DNA of 64,000 nucleotides from an uncultured beta proteobacterium (GTDB lineage: Bacteria > Pseudomonadota > Gammaproteobacteria > Burkholderiales > Casimicrobiaceae): contig CAVRVQ010000007.1 of the NCBI GenBank assembly GCA_963724685.1, forward strand, positions 284,668 through 348,667. The letters run 5' to 3'. Shown piece by piece: positions 46,442 through 57,450 of the stretch. Under the pieces are notes generated by a model, which ran no database searches, was not told where the DNA came from, and worked only from the letters and a program-made list of their open reading frames with translations. Every line of letters begins with the position of its first letter. Position 1 is the stretch's first letter. Both the position numbers and the translations under genes were made by a program.

Positions 46442-47120
46442 ATGACGTCCCGTAGCGACCACCGTCCGCCGCGCTCCGCCGATGCGAAGCGGCGCACGGT
46501 GTCGTCGCGCAAGTCCGGCTTCGGCGGAACGCTTCTCGGCGTCTTCATCGGGATCGCGCTGGGGTTGGCGCTCGCGGCCGGGGCCGCGTTCTACCTGATG
46601 AAGTCCGGCAATCCCTATGTCGCGTCCGGGCGCCGCGGGAGACCGCGCGCGAGGCGCGAAGGATCCGGCGAAAGCCGGTCGAGGCGATGCTGGCTGGCGC
46701 CGACAAGCCGCGTTTCGATTTCTACAAGATTCTGCCGGGCGTCGAGGAGCCGAAGGTCCAGGCCAAAGGCGGGTGAGACGAGCACGCCCGACCGTGCCAC
46801 GGTCGAGCGCGCCGCTTCCCCGGACAAGGCCGTGGCGAAGGTGGAGGAGCGTCCGACCGCCGGCTCCCGGAAAAGGCGGCGAAATCCGTGGAGCGTTACT
46901 GGTTGCAGGCGGGTTCTTTCGCGAGCGAGGCCGACGCCGAAAACCTGAAGGCGCGACTCGCGTTCGCGGGCTGGGAGGCGGCGATCCAGCAGGCGAGCAT
47001 GCCGGACAAGGCGGTGCGCTTTCGCGTCCGCCTCGGCCCCTACGACAATACCGACGAGCTCAACCGGATGAAGGGCGAGCTCGCAAACGAGGCTTCGATG
47101 TCGCGGTGATCAAGTTCTGA
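46442..47120 (+). CDS. SPOR domain-containing (FtsN-like) cell-division protein; about four frame switches
   Basis: MTSRSDHRPP ... with TM helix LLGVFIGIALGLALAAGAAFYL (ORF 46409). SPOR domain YWLQAGSFASEADAENLKARLAFAGWEAAIQQ ... RFRVRLGPYDNTDELNRMKGELA (ORF 46888). Tail GFDVAVIKF ends at 47120. Confidence 0.8.
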
Positions 47121-47207
47121 GAGGAGCGGGCCCGCGCTTGCCATGTTCGCTGCCCCCCGCAGGGAACTCGCGTCGTCGCGCGGAGCCCAACGAGCGTTCA
47201 ACAAGCC

Positions 47208-47881
47208 ATGGAGAATTCGAACATGCAACCGCTGCACACACTGACCCGCCGCCTGGCATTGCTCGCTGGCCGCTTTCGTCGCGGCGCTGTCGTTGTCCGC
47301 TACAGCGCAGATGGCCGCGCCGCAGGAAGGCAACCAGTATCTGCGCCTCAAGAATCCCCAGGCGGTCGAAACGGGAAAGAAGATCGAGGTCATCGAGTTC
47401 TTTTCCTACGGTTGCCCGCATTGCGGCGAGTTCGAGCCCGATTCTGCAGGGGTGGCTCAAGACCATGCCCGCCGATGTGCAGTTCCGGCGCGTTCCGGTG
47501 ATGTTCCAGGAGCGCTGGATTCCGCTCGCGAAGATCTATTACACCCTCGACGCGCTCGGCGAGGAGTCGCGACTGTCGCCGGACGTTTTCGTCGCGCTGC
47601 ACGGGAAGGGCCTCGCCCTCTGGCAGGACAAGACGTTCTTCGACTGGGCGGCGAGCCAGGGTCTCGACCGCAAGAAGGTCGAGGACATGTACAACTCGTT
47701 CGCGATCGGCGGCAAGGTCAACCGCGCGCGCATGCTCGCGCAGACCTACCAGGTGCAATCGGTCCCGTTGATCATCGTCGACGGCAAGTTCGTCAGCAAT
47801 CGCATCCCCTCGCACGCCGCGATGCCGCCGCTGATCGACGCGCTCGTGGCCAAGGCGCGCGCCGAACGGCCGAAGAGCTGA
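47208..47881 (+). CDS. dsbA: Thiol:disulfide interchange protein DsbA; frame switches near 47270 and 47440
   Basis: Signal peptide in ORF 47208. IEVIEFFSYGCPHCGEFEP (CPHC active site) in ORF 47293. The remainder (LKTMPADVQFRRVPV ... VPLIIVDGKF) is in ORF 47138-47881. Confidence 0.9.
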
Positions 47882-47961
47882 TCGCGCGGCAGCTGATTCC
47901 ACTCGGCGCAGGCCGCCGTGCGCCGCGCACGGGCAGGCAGGCCGTGTCTAGGCGTTAGCCG

Positions 47962-48739
47962 GTGGCGCCAGCGCGCAGCGTCTTCATCACCGGCGCCAGC
48001 AGCGGTTTGGGCGAGGCGCTCGCGCGGGAATATGCCGCGCAGGGCGCGAACCTTGGCTTGTTCGCGCGCCGCCATTGCGGAGCTCGACGCGCTCGCCGCG
48101 ACATTGCCGGCCGGTCGCGTCGCGGTGTACGCGGCGACGTGCGGGATGCCGATGCTCTCGCCCACGCCGCCGCCGATTTCATCGCGCGTTTCGGCGTGCC
48201 CGACATCGTCGTCGCCAACGCCGGAATTTCGCAGGGCGTGTTGACGGATCACGCTCGAGGACCTGCCCGCGTTCCGCGCGGTGTTCGACACCAACGTCGT
48301 CGGGATCGTCCACACCTTCGCCCCGTTCGTGGCCGCGATGACCGCGGCCGGGAAAGGTGGCGCGCTCGTCGGCATCGCCAGCGTCGCCGGATTCCGGGGC
48401 TTGCCGGGATCGGGCGCCTATTCGGCGTCGAAGGCAGCGGCCATCACGTACCTCGAGAGCCTGCGGGTCGAGCTGCGGGACACCGGCGTCGCCGTCGTCA
48501 CCGTTTGCCCCGGCTACATCGCCACGCCGATGACCGCGAAGAATCCGTATCCGATGCCGTTCGTGCTGCAGGCGGACGAGGCGGCGCGGCGCATCGTGCG
48601 CGCGATCGAGCGCCGGAAGCGATTCTATGTGCTGCCGTGGCCGATGGCGATCGTCGGGCGCGTGCTGCGCGTTCTGCCGCGCCCGATCTACGATGCGCTG
48701 TTCGCGCACGCGCCGCGCAAGCCGCGGCGATCCGATTGA
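47962..48739 (+). CDS. Short-chain dehydrogenase/reductase (SDR); about three frame switches (48065-48250)
   Basis: VFITGASSGLGEALAREYAAQGANLGLFARR (TGxxxGxG) in ORF 47962. YSASKAA catalytic motif and the C-terminus are in ORF 48281-48739. Confidence 0.85.
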
Positions 48740-48780
48740 TGCCACCGCGCCGTCGCGGACCGACGGCGCGATCCTGCGCG

Positions 48781-50627
48781 TTACAACGGCATCCGCACGC
48801 CGACGGTGACGGCCCAGTAGTTGCCGTCGGTCCGGCCCGCGGTCGCCGAACCCGCGACGAATCCGGTGACGCCTCCGAACTCGGTGCTGGCGCCGAGGTT
48901 GAACAGCGCGTAGCTGTTGTCCGGCTTGCCGACGGGCACGCTGTAGTAGCCGCCCAGCGACGACCGACGACGCGCCGACGCTGCGATTCTGATCCTTGGA
49001 GTCGAGCTCCCAGGTGGCGCGCGCATAGGGGCGAATGGCTGCCGATGTTGCCGGCGACCTGCCAGCCGAGGCTCCACAGCAGCTGATTGCGCGATTGCTC
49101 GCCGTAGGTCAGCGCCGTGCTGTCGGCGCTGGTCTCGGAGAACTGCTTGACGACGGCCTTCGTCCACGCGAGGCGCGCGTACGGGCCGTGCATCAGCTCC
49201 TTCATCGTGAACCAGTAACCGCCGAGGAGACGCCCGGTGAATTCGTAGCCGCGGGCTTCGGCACTCTCGGTGCGAAGCGCCGGCGCCCAGCGGGATGAGG
49301 CGATTGATGTCCGAGTAGTCGAGGCTGCCGGCGCCCAGCGTCGCGCCGACGTACCACGGCCCGTCGCCATAGCCGGCGTACGTCGTGCGCGACCGGCTGC
49401 CGCAGCGTGTATCCGCCGCCCGGGCCACCGAAATCGCCCTTGTTGTCCGTGTAGCCGAACATCGCGCCGACCAGCATCCGGTCGGAGACCTTCATGTCGC
49501 CGCCGACCGCCACGGTGTTCATGTGCGCGCTGCCGCTGTTCGGCCCCGCCTGCAGGTCCGTGTGGCTGTAGTCGTACGCGGCCCACGCCTCGAGCTTGCC
49601 CTGGGTACGCGGCGCATTGAGACTCGACCACATGCGGTTGTCGAGCGCGCGGAAGTTCGCCTGCTCGACGCGCGAGCGGGGCTTCGGCCAGCGCTGCCAT
49701 CTGCTGCGGGCCGGTGATCATCGACTCCGCCAGCTGCGCAAAGATCGCGTTGCCCGCAGTCGTCGGGTGGACGCCGTCGGCGAAGAGGTAGGTCTGCGCC
49801 GCATTCGGCGCCACGAGGTTCGCCGGGCGTGCACATCAGCGACGAAGGTGGTGCGGCACGCGGTGCCGTTACGTTCGAGAAACCCGTAAGCGGTCGGATT
49901 GGCAACCACCTCGTTTACGAGCGCTGAACGCGTTGACCCGGATCGTCTGGACGCCCGGAGGCGTTGAGTGCGCCGTAGAACGTGGTGTAATAAAGATTGA
50001 CGACTGCGTTGATCTGGCCGATCGCCGGATTCCCGGCATACGCCGGCAGTCTTGCCGATGTCCGGGCACGTTCCAGACGAGTGATGTATCTGCGCGCCCC
50101 CGGCATGGAGCGCGCGATCTGCTGCGCGAGTTGGCACCGCGGCCGTCCCAAGGCGGCCTGCACTTGCGCCGGCGTCGCCACGCCCGATTGAGAACCGGCA
50201 GAACTGGTAGAAGAAGTCGTTGGCGCCGCCCCAGACCGAATAGAACGCATTCCGGTCGCCGGGCCTTTCGCCAGTCAACTGCTGGACCTGAGTCGCGATT
50301 GGCACTGCCGCGCGCCGTCGGCGCCGCTGGCGGGTACGCCCGGCAGACAGCGTCACGCGCGCGCCGCCGTAGGCGTAGTCGTTGCCACCCTGATTGGCGG
50401 GGTCTGGCGAAAAGCCGAAATACTGTGCGAACAGCTGCGCCCACACCGGCCCGGGATTGGTCGTGAACATTCCGGTACCCGGCGGCAGCACCGGCTTGTA
50501 CGAGCCCGATGTCGGTGTAGCTGTCGCCGAAAAAATACACGTTCGAGAACTGCGTGTCGGCATGGGCGGATGCAGCGAGCGAAAGCGTGATCGCGCTCGC
50601 GAGCAGGCTTCGTTGAAGCTTGCGCAT
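48781..50627 (-). CDS. GDSL/SGNH esterase autotransporter (EstA-like); about ten frame switches, the most disrupted gene in the window
   Basis: Signal peptide MRKLQRSLLASAITLSLAASAHA plus the FFGDSYTDIG block-I motif (ORF 49869-50627). GGNDYAYGGA, WGGANDF and FADGVHPT blocks are in other frames. The beta-barrel ends ...GNYWAVTVGVRMPL (ORF 48781-49428). Confidence 0.8.
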
Positions 50628-50812
50628 GGGTGCCTCCTGGAGGGGCTTATTCTTATGGGTGGACGAACGCGGGAAGGTGCGCTGTCATCTTAACCGAATT
50701 AGGTCGCGGCCATCATCCCGCAGTGCGGTCGGTCAATCCGGCGCCACGGACGGCCATCTTAGCGCAGCTGAGCGGAAGGCCCAACGCCGTCAGATAGACG
50801 TGGCCGGTCCGA

Positions 50813-51261
50813 TCAGTTGGCGAGGAGCGCGAGACGCTTGCCGCCATCGATCAGCTTCACGCGCTCGCCTTCGCGCACGCTCGGCTGGTTCGAATAGTGG
50901 AAGGTCCGCGTGTTGCCGGCGTCCATCCGGAGGGTGACGAGCCAGTAGGACTTCGCGTTCTTGTTCTTCTCGACGGTGTTCCCGACGTACGCGCCGCCGG
51001 CCGCGCCGGCGATGGTGGCCACCGTGCGGCCGGTCCCGCTGCCGATCTGGTGACCCAGGACCCCGCCGAGGACGCCGCCGGCGACGGCGCCGAGTCCGGA
51101 GCCCTTGCCTTCCTCGGTGACGAAGCGGATCGACATGACTTGTCCGCAATCGGTGCAGGGCGTCTGCGCGATCGCGGCGGAACCGGCGCCGAGCGCGATG
51201 ACCGTCATGACGACGAGGCCGGCGATCGCGACAGAAGACGCGTGAAGGGGATGCGTGCCAT
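50813..51261 (-). CDS. Glycine-zipper (17-kDa antigen/SlyB-like) outer membrane protein; frame switch just after the ATG
   Basis: ORF 50813-51337 carries GSGLGAVAGGVLGGVLGHQIGSGTGRTVATIAGAAGGAYVG. AAGGAG lies 7 nt upstream of ATG 51261, which is one frame off the body. Confidence 0.75.
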
Positions 51262-51308
51262 GGCGTATCTCCTTGGATCTGGTGTCGTATGGCGGGTCAT
51301 GCGCCCGC

Positions 51309-53148
51309 TCACGTTTCGTCGACCCGCAGGCGCGCATAGGCGCCGGGCGCGGCCTCGATCACCTTGAGCTTACCCTTTCCCGGGACGCGGGCCGGGACCT
51401 GCGCGCCGAGGTGGGGCTTGAGCCAGGCGCGCCAATTGTCCCACCATGAGCCCTCGTGCTGCTTCGCGCCCGCGAGCCAGGCGTCCGCCGACTCGGGCAG
51501 CTTCTCGTTGGTCCAGTAGCCGTACTTGTTCGCCGCCGGCGGATTGATCATGCCGGCGATGTGGCCCGAGCCCGACAGCACGAATCGCGACTTGCCCGAT
51601 ACGAGCTGCGGGCCCGCGTACGTGGTCTTCCACGGGGCGATGTGGTCCTCGATCGCGGAGACGAAGTAGGTCGGCATGGCGATCTTCGAGAGGTCGATCG
51701 GCACGCCGGCGAGCGTGATGCCGCCCGGCTCGCGCAGCAGGTTCTTCATGTACATGTTGCGCAGGTAGAAGCTGTGCATCGTCGCCGGCATGCGCGTCGA
51801 ATCGCAGTTCCAGTGCAGGAGGTCGAACGGGAACGGATCGCGGCCGAGCAGGTAGTTGTTGATGACGAACGACCAGATGAGGTCGTTGGAGCGCAGCATG
51901 TTGAAGGTGTTCGCCATCTCGCTGCCTTCGAGATAGCCGCGCTCGTTCATCTTGCGCTCGAGCGAGGCGACCTGCTCCTCGTCGATGAACACCTCGAGCT
52001 CGCCGGAACGCGAAAAGTCCACGAGCGACGTCATGAACGTCGCGCTCGCGATGCGCCGGTCCTTCGTGGCCGCCATGTAGGCGAGCGTCGCCGCGAGCAG
52101 CGTGCCGCCGAGGCAGTAGCCGACGGCGTTGATCTCCTTCTCGCCAGTGGCCTTTTCGATCGCCTCCCAGCGCGGCGAGCGTGCCTTCGGTCAGGTAGTC
52201 CTCGAAATCCTTGTGCGCGAGCTTGCCGTCGGGATTGACCCAGGAGATGACGAAGACGGTGAGGCCCTGGTCGGTCGCCCACTTCACGAACGAGTTCTTC
52301 TCGCGCAGATCGAGGATGTAGTACTTGTTGATCCAGGGCGGAATGATGAGCAGCGGCCGCTTCGCCACCTTGGGCGTCGTCGGCTCGTACTGGATGAGCT
52401 GGAGGAGGTCGTTCTGGAAGACCACCTTGCCGGGCGTGGTCGCGATGTTGACACCGAGCTCGAACGCCTTCGGGTCCGTCATCGAGATCTTGAGCTGGCC
52501 GTTGCCGCGCTCGATGTCGTCGAGGAGATTGTGGAGGCCCTTGACGAGATTCTGCCCGCCGGTGGCGATCGTCTCGCGGAACACCTCGGGATTGGTCAGC
52601 GCGAAATTCGACGGGGCGAGCGCGTCGATGTACTGCCGCGTGAAGAAATTGACCTTGCGCTTCGTCGCGTCGTCGAGGCCCTCGACGTTGCCGACGGCGT
52701 CGTGCAGGCTTTCCGCGGCGATGAGGTAGCTCTGCTTGATGTAGTCGAACAGGAAATGCTGCTCCCAGTCCTCGTGCTTGAAGCGCTTGTCGCCCTTCCC
52801 CGGGCTCGCGACCGGATCGACCGCCCCGCCGAGGAGCTTGATCGTGGACGTCTGCCAGAGGTTCATGTAGTTCCACCACAGGTTCATCTGCGTCTCGGCC
52901 ATCCGGTACGGATTGGCCAGCATCTTCGCGGCGACCTCCATGAACGCCTTGCCGATCCCGAGCTCGTCGACCGCCAGCGAGTGGCCGGATTGCGCCTGGC
53001 GCGCGGCGAAGTCGCCGATCACTTTCGCGCTCTTCTCGGCGGCGGTGCGCAGCGATTCGGCGAGGGCCACGGGATCGTGGGACGGCGCCGGTGCGGCTTT
53101 CGGTGCGGCGCGGGTCTTGGCGGCAGATGACATGGCGGTGGCTTTCAT
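51309..53148 (-). CDS. phaC: Class I poly(3-hydroxyalkanoate) synthase; one frame switch near 52163
   Basis: ORF 51370-53148 gives the N-terminal two-thirds. After AAL the frame moves to EAIEKATGEKEINAVGYCLGGTLLAA (lipase box GxCxG) and ORF 51309-52076. Confidence 0.92.
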
Positions 53149-53169
53149 GGTGGGTACGCGGTGAGTAGA

Positions 53170-54230
53170 TTATCCTACGGGCGGCGCAAAGCGTATCGCG
53201 CCGTCGCCGGCGACGCGGCGTTCGAGCCTCGCCGCGCGCCAGAGGAAGTTGAGGTGGGCGATGGCTTCGCCCATGGCGAAGTAGCGCTGCTGGAGGTCGA
53301 GCTCGCGGCGGAAGAGCACCGGGACCAGGTCGGCGGCACTCTGCGGTCCGGTCGCCGCGCGCACGGCGGCGTCGAGCTCCGCGAGTCTTGCGTCGTGATG
53401 CGCGTGGAGCTGGCCGACGCGCAGCGCGATGCCGCGGAACGGCAGGCCATGCGAGGGCAGCACCAGCGTGTCCGCGGGCAGTTCCGTGAAGCGCGCAATC
53501 GAATCGAGGAAGCGGCGCAGCGGATTGCCGTCGGGTTCCGACCGGACTCACGCTGACGTTGGTGGAAATCTTCGGCAGCAGCATGTCGCCCGAGATGAGC
53601 ACGCCGCGCTCGGCGCAATGGAGCGCCGCGTGTTCCGGCGAGTGCCCGCGGCCGACGATGATGCGCCACGTCGTGTCGCCCGGCCGCCCAGGTGTCGCCG
53701 TCGACGAGGCGGGTGAACGACTGCGGCAACTCCGGCACGCCGCGCCGGTACGCGTTGCCACGCTGCGCGAATGCGGCCAGATGCGCTTCGGCCATTCCGT
53801 GCCGGCGGAAGAGGTCGATGGTCGCCGTCGTTCGTGAAGCCGCCGAACTCGCCCGGCGACCGCGTGCGCGTTCAGGTACTCGGCATGGGTCATGGCGACC
53901 GGCGCATCGAACCGCCGCGAGAGCCAGGCCGCGTTGCCCACGTGGTCCGGATGGTAGTGCGTCGCGACGATGCTGCGGATCGGCATCGCCCGGAGGGTGG
54001 TCGCGGCGTGACGCTCCCACAGCGCGCGCGTCGCGGCGTCGCCGTAGCCGCAATCGACGAGCGTGCAGCCCCCGCCGGATTCGGGGAGCAGCCAGAGATT
54101 GATGTGATCGAGCGCGAAGGGCAGCGGCATGCGCAGCCAGAGCACGCCGGGCGCGATTTCGATCACCGTCCCCGGCGCGGGCGGCGCGGCGACCGGGTAG
54201 TCGAGAACGTCGAGGGATGGCCGCGGACAT
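53170..54230 (-). CDS. MBL-fold metallo-hydrolase; about four frame switches
   Basis: LDVLDYPVAAPPAPGTVIEIAPGVLWLRMPLPF ... VATHYHPDHVGNAAW (HxHxDH) in ORF 52031-54409. The middle is in ORF 53175-54230 and the C-terminus in ORF 53170-53463. ATG 54230 is supported by R2 copy d abutting it. Confidence 0.8.
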
Positions 54231-54275
54231 CGATGCACTCTTTGCGCTGCGCGCCGTCCCGGGATCGGGAGGATT
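54231..54275 (-). repeat. R2 repeat copy d (3' module only), abutting the MBL hydrolase ATG
   Basis: In gene orientation: CCCGGGACGGCGCGCAGCGCAAAGAGTGCATCG followed by ATG. It matches GGCGCGCAGCGCCAAGGGTGCACCA-ATG of copy c. Confidence 0.55.
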
Positions 54276-54379
54276 TTGTGCAACGCAGCATCCTCGGGGA
54301 AACCCCCAAGTCTGTCAAGCCGATATGCTATCGTGACAGACCTCAGCCCGTAGCGCATTTCGCGCGTCGCCGAGCGTCC

Positions 54380-54865
54380 ATGTCCGCCGTCAATGCCCCT
54401 GGGGGCCACGCCAAGCCGACCGCTGCCGAGCGGCCGGGCCCCACCTATTCCATTTCCGAGCTCGCCCAGGAATTCGCGCTCACGACCCGCGCCATCCGCT
54501 TCTACGAGGACGAGGGCCTGCTCACGCCCCGGCGCACGGGGGCTCGCGCGGATCTACGGCGAACGCGAGCGCACGCGCATCAAGCTCATCCTGCGCGGCA
54601 AGCGTCTGGGACTCGCCCTGTCCGAGATCCGCGAGCTCTTCGACATCTACGCCACCACCGGCAACGAGCGGCCCCAGCTCGCCAAGTTCCTGCAGTTGCT
54701 CGCCGAGCGGCGAGCGATGCTCCACCAGCAGCGGGAGGACATCGACGCGGTGCTGGCCGAGATCGCCTTCATCGAGCGGGACTGCCGCCGGCGCCTGAAG
54801 CAGGAGGCGGCGGCCGGCGCAGGATACCGGCGCCGACAGCGGGTGACTCGCGTGATGCGACTTGA
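54380..54865 (+). CDS. liuR: MerR-family transcriptional regulator LiuR; frame switch near 54540; stop unresolved
   Basis: MSAVNAPGG ... [26 protein letters not shown] (MerR HTH) in ORF 53771. [31 protein letters not shown] ... is in ORF 54393, whose frame has no stop before ivd. Candidate stops in the other frames are at ~54843 and 54865. Confidence 0.85.
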   Translation: MSAVNAPGGHAKPTAAERPGPTYSISELAQEFALTTRAIRFYEDEGLLTPRRTGARADLRRTRAHAHQAHPARQASGTRPVRDPRALRHLRHHRQRAAPARQVPAVARRAASDAPPAAGGHRRGAGRDRLHRAGLPPAPEAGGGGRRRIPAPTAGDSRDAT

Positions 54866-54890
54866 CGTTAACGTAAACGTAATATATCGG
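54862..54890 (+). promoter_or_regulatory. Candidate LiuR operator/promoter upstream of ivd
   Basis: TTGACGTTAACGTAAACGTAATATAT: a -35-like TTGACG overlapping the palindrome ACGTTAACGT and a third ACGT core. It sits in an AT-rich patch ~65 nt upstream of the ivd ATG. Confidence 0.5.
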
Positions 54891-54953
54891 TCGGGCGGCC
54901 TCGGCCCGTCCGGTCACCCGGCAAGGAACGGACGATTCCATGACGCGCGAGGC

Positions 54954-56126
54954 ATGACGATGCAGGACTTTCCCGCCATCGACTTCCATCACGGCGACAC
55001 GATCGACATGCTGCGCGCGACCGTGCGGCAGTTCGCCGCCGACGAGATTGCGCCGCGGGCGGCCGCGATCGACCGCGCCAATCAGTTTCCGCAGGACCTC
55101 TGGCGCAAGATGGGCGACCTGGGCCTCCTCGGCATCACCGTCGACGAGGAGCATGGCGGCACGGCGATGGGTTATCTCGCGCACGTGATCGCCATGGAGG
55201 AGGTGAGCCGGGCTTCGGCGGCGGTGGGCCTGTCCTACGGCGCCCACTCGAATCTGTGCGTGAACCAGATCCAGAGGAACGGCAGCCCCGCGCAGAAGGC
55301 CAAGTACCTGCCGAAGCTCGTCTCGGGCGAGCACGTCGGCGCGCTCGCGATGAGCGAGCCCGGCGCGGGCTCCGACGTGGTGTCGATGCGTCTCAAGGCC
55401 GAGCTTCGCGGCGATCGTTACGTGCTGAACGGCAGCAAGATGTGGATCACGAACGGTCCCGACGCGCACACGCTGGTCGTCTACGCGAAGACGGATCTCG
55501 CGGCCGGGCCGCGCGGCGTCACCGCGTTCCTGATCGAGCGCGGCATGAAGGGATTTTCGACGGCGCAGAAGCTCGACAAGCTCGGGATGCGCGGCTCCAA
55601 CACCTGCGAGCTCGTGTTCGAGGATTGCGAGGTCCCGGTCGATCACGTGCTGGGGCAGGAGGGCCGCGGCGTCAACGTGCTGATGAGCGGTCTCGACTAC
55701 GAGCGGGCGGTGCTGGCCGGCGGCTCGCTCGGCATCATGGCCGCGTGCCTCGACGTCGTGCTCCCCTATGTGCACGAGCGCATGCAATTCGGCCAGCCGA
55801 TCGGCGAATTCCAGCTGATGCAGGGCAAGCTCGCCGACATGTACACGACGATGAACGCGGCGCGCGCCTACGTGTACGCGGTCGCGCAGGCCTGCGATCG
55901 CGGGGAAACCACGCGCAAGGACGCGGCGGGCGCGATCCTGTTCGCAAGCGAGAACGCGACGCGCATCGCGGGCGAGGCGATCCAGTGCCTCGGCGGCAAC
56001 GGCTACATCAACGACTATCCGACGGGCCGGCTGTGGCGCGATGCCAAGCTGTACGAAATCGGCGCCGGCACGTCGGAAATACGGCGGATGCTGATCGGCC
56101 GCGAGCTTTTCAACGAGACCAAGTGA
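54954..56126 (+). CDS. ivd: Isovaleryl-CoA dehydrogenase (intact)
   Basis: The in-frame part of ORF 54393-56126 from [21 protein letters not shown]. Typical IVD sequence throughout ([32 protein letters not shown]). Confidence 0.92.
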   Translation: MTMQDFPAIDFHHGDTIDMLRATVRQFAADEIAPRAAAIDRANQFPQDLWRKMGDLGLLGITVDEEHGGTAMGYLAHVIAMEEVSRASAAVGLSYGAHSNLCVNQIQRNGSPAQKAKYLPKLVSGEHVGALAMSEPGAGSDVVSMRLKAELRGDRYVLNGSKMWITNGPDAHTLVVYAKTDLAAGPRGVTAFLIERGMKGFSTAQKLDKLGMRGSNTCELVFEDCEVPVDHVLGQEGRGVNVLMSGLDYERAVLAGGSLGIMAACLDVVLPYVHERMQFGQPIGEFQLMQGKLADMYTTMNAARAYVYAVAQACDRGETTRKDAAGAILFASENATRIAGEAIQCLGGNGYINDYPTGRLWRDAKLYEIGAGTSEIRRMLIGRELFNETK

Positions 56127-56180
56127 CGGCGGGAGCCGCGCAATGGCGAACGGTCGGCTGCATTACCGAAGGAGGACGCG

Positions 56181-57368
56181 ATGCTGAATGACCCGGTCGT
56201 TATCGTCGGCGCGGCGCGCTACGCCGATGGGCGGTTTTCAGGGCGATTTCGCCGTCGCTCGCCGCGAGCGATCTCGGCGCGGTCGCGATCAAGGCGGCGA
56301 TCGAGCGCTCCGGCGTCGCGCCGGAGGACGTGCAGGAAGTGATCATGGGCAACGTCCTGCCGGCGGGACAGGGCCAGGCGCCCGCGCGGCAGGCCTCGCT
56401 CAAGGCGGGCGTGCCGCTCGCCGCGGGCTGCACGACCGTCAACAAGATGTGCGGGTCGGCGATGAAGGCGGCGATGTTCGCGCACGACCTCATCGTGGCC
56501 GGTTCGGCCGAGATCGTGGTCGCGGGCGGCATGGAGAGCATGACCAACGCGCCGTACCTGATGCCGAAGGCGCGCTCGGGCTACCGGATGGGACACCAGA
56601 CGCGTCTACGACCACATGTTCCTCGACGGCCTCGAGGATGCCTACGAGAAGGGCCGGCTGATGGGCACGTTCGCCGAGGATTGCGCGGCGCGTTTCGCGT
56701 TCACGCGCGAGGCGCAGGACGCGTTCGCGCTCGCGTCGCTCTCCCGCGCGCTCGCCGCCAACAACGACGGCACGTTCGCGTGGGAGATCGCGCCGGTGAC
56801 CGTGTCCGGCAAGAAGGGCGATGTCGTGATCGACAAGGACGAGCAGCCGGCGAAGGCCTCGCCCGACAAGGTGCCGCTGCTGAAGCCCGCGTTTCGCAAG
56901 GATGGCACGGTGACGGCGGCCAATTCGAGCTCGATTTCCGACGGCGCCGCGGCGCTCGTGCTGATGCGGAGGTCGACGGCCGAGCGCCGTCGGCTCGCGC
57001 CGCTCGCGGTGATCCTCGGCCACGCGACGCACGCGCAGGAGTCCGCGCTGTTCACGACGGCGCCCGTGGGCGCCATCGCGAAGCTCTACCGGGCGACCGG
57101 TTGGACGACCCGGGACGTCGACCTCTTCGAGGTCAACGAGGCGTTCGCGGTGGTCACGATGGCGGCGATGAAGGAGCACGGCATCGCGCACGACAAGGTC
57201 AACGTGCATGGCGGCGCGTGCGCGCTCGGCCATCCGATCGGCGCGTCGGGCGCGCGCATCCTCGTCACGCTGCTGGGCGCGTTGCGCAAGCAGGGCAAGA
57301 AGCGAGGCGTGGCGAGCCTTTGCATCGGCGGCGGCGAAGCGACCGCGATGGCCATCGAATTGCCCTGA
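56181..57368 (+). CDS. Acetyl-CoA C-acetyltransferase (thiolase II); frame switches near 56222, 56255, 56600
   Basis: GGAGGA then ATG 56181 ([13 protein letters not shown]); [11 protein letters not shown]; [11 protein letters not shown] (active-site Cys) in ORF 56330; [17 protein letters not shown] and CIGGGEA in ORF 56616-57368. Confidence 0.9.
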
Positions 57369-57375
57369 GATGGAC

Positions 57376-57450
57376 AACCCCCACGCTCACTCCGTTCGCT
57401 GCCACCCGAAGGGGCGCACAGTGCCCTTCGGGCGGCCGTGCGGGCACTGA
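57376..57450 (+). repeat. R1 repeat copy b, between the thiolase stop and the LysE-1 ATG
   Basis: AACCCCCACGCTCACTCCGTTCGCTGCCACCCGAAGGGGCGCACAGTGCCCTTCGGGCGGCCGTGCGGGCACTGA. It contains the 8-bp inverted repeat CAGTGCCC/GGGCACTG and ends at the LysE ATG. Confidence 0.75.

Noticed and set aside
54393-56126. 577-aa ORF that would fuse the LiuR C-terminal half to isovaleryl-CoA dehydrogenase
   Set aside because: The linking segment crosses the promoter/operator-like AT-rich spacer. The IVD part has its own ATG and RBS-like context at 54954-54960. The contig is full of 1-nt indels, so a lost stop is the simpler explanation.
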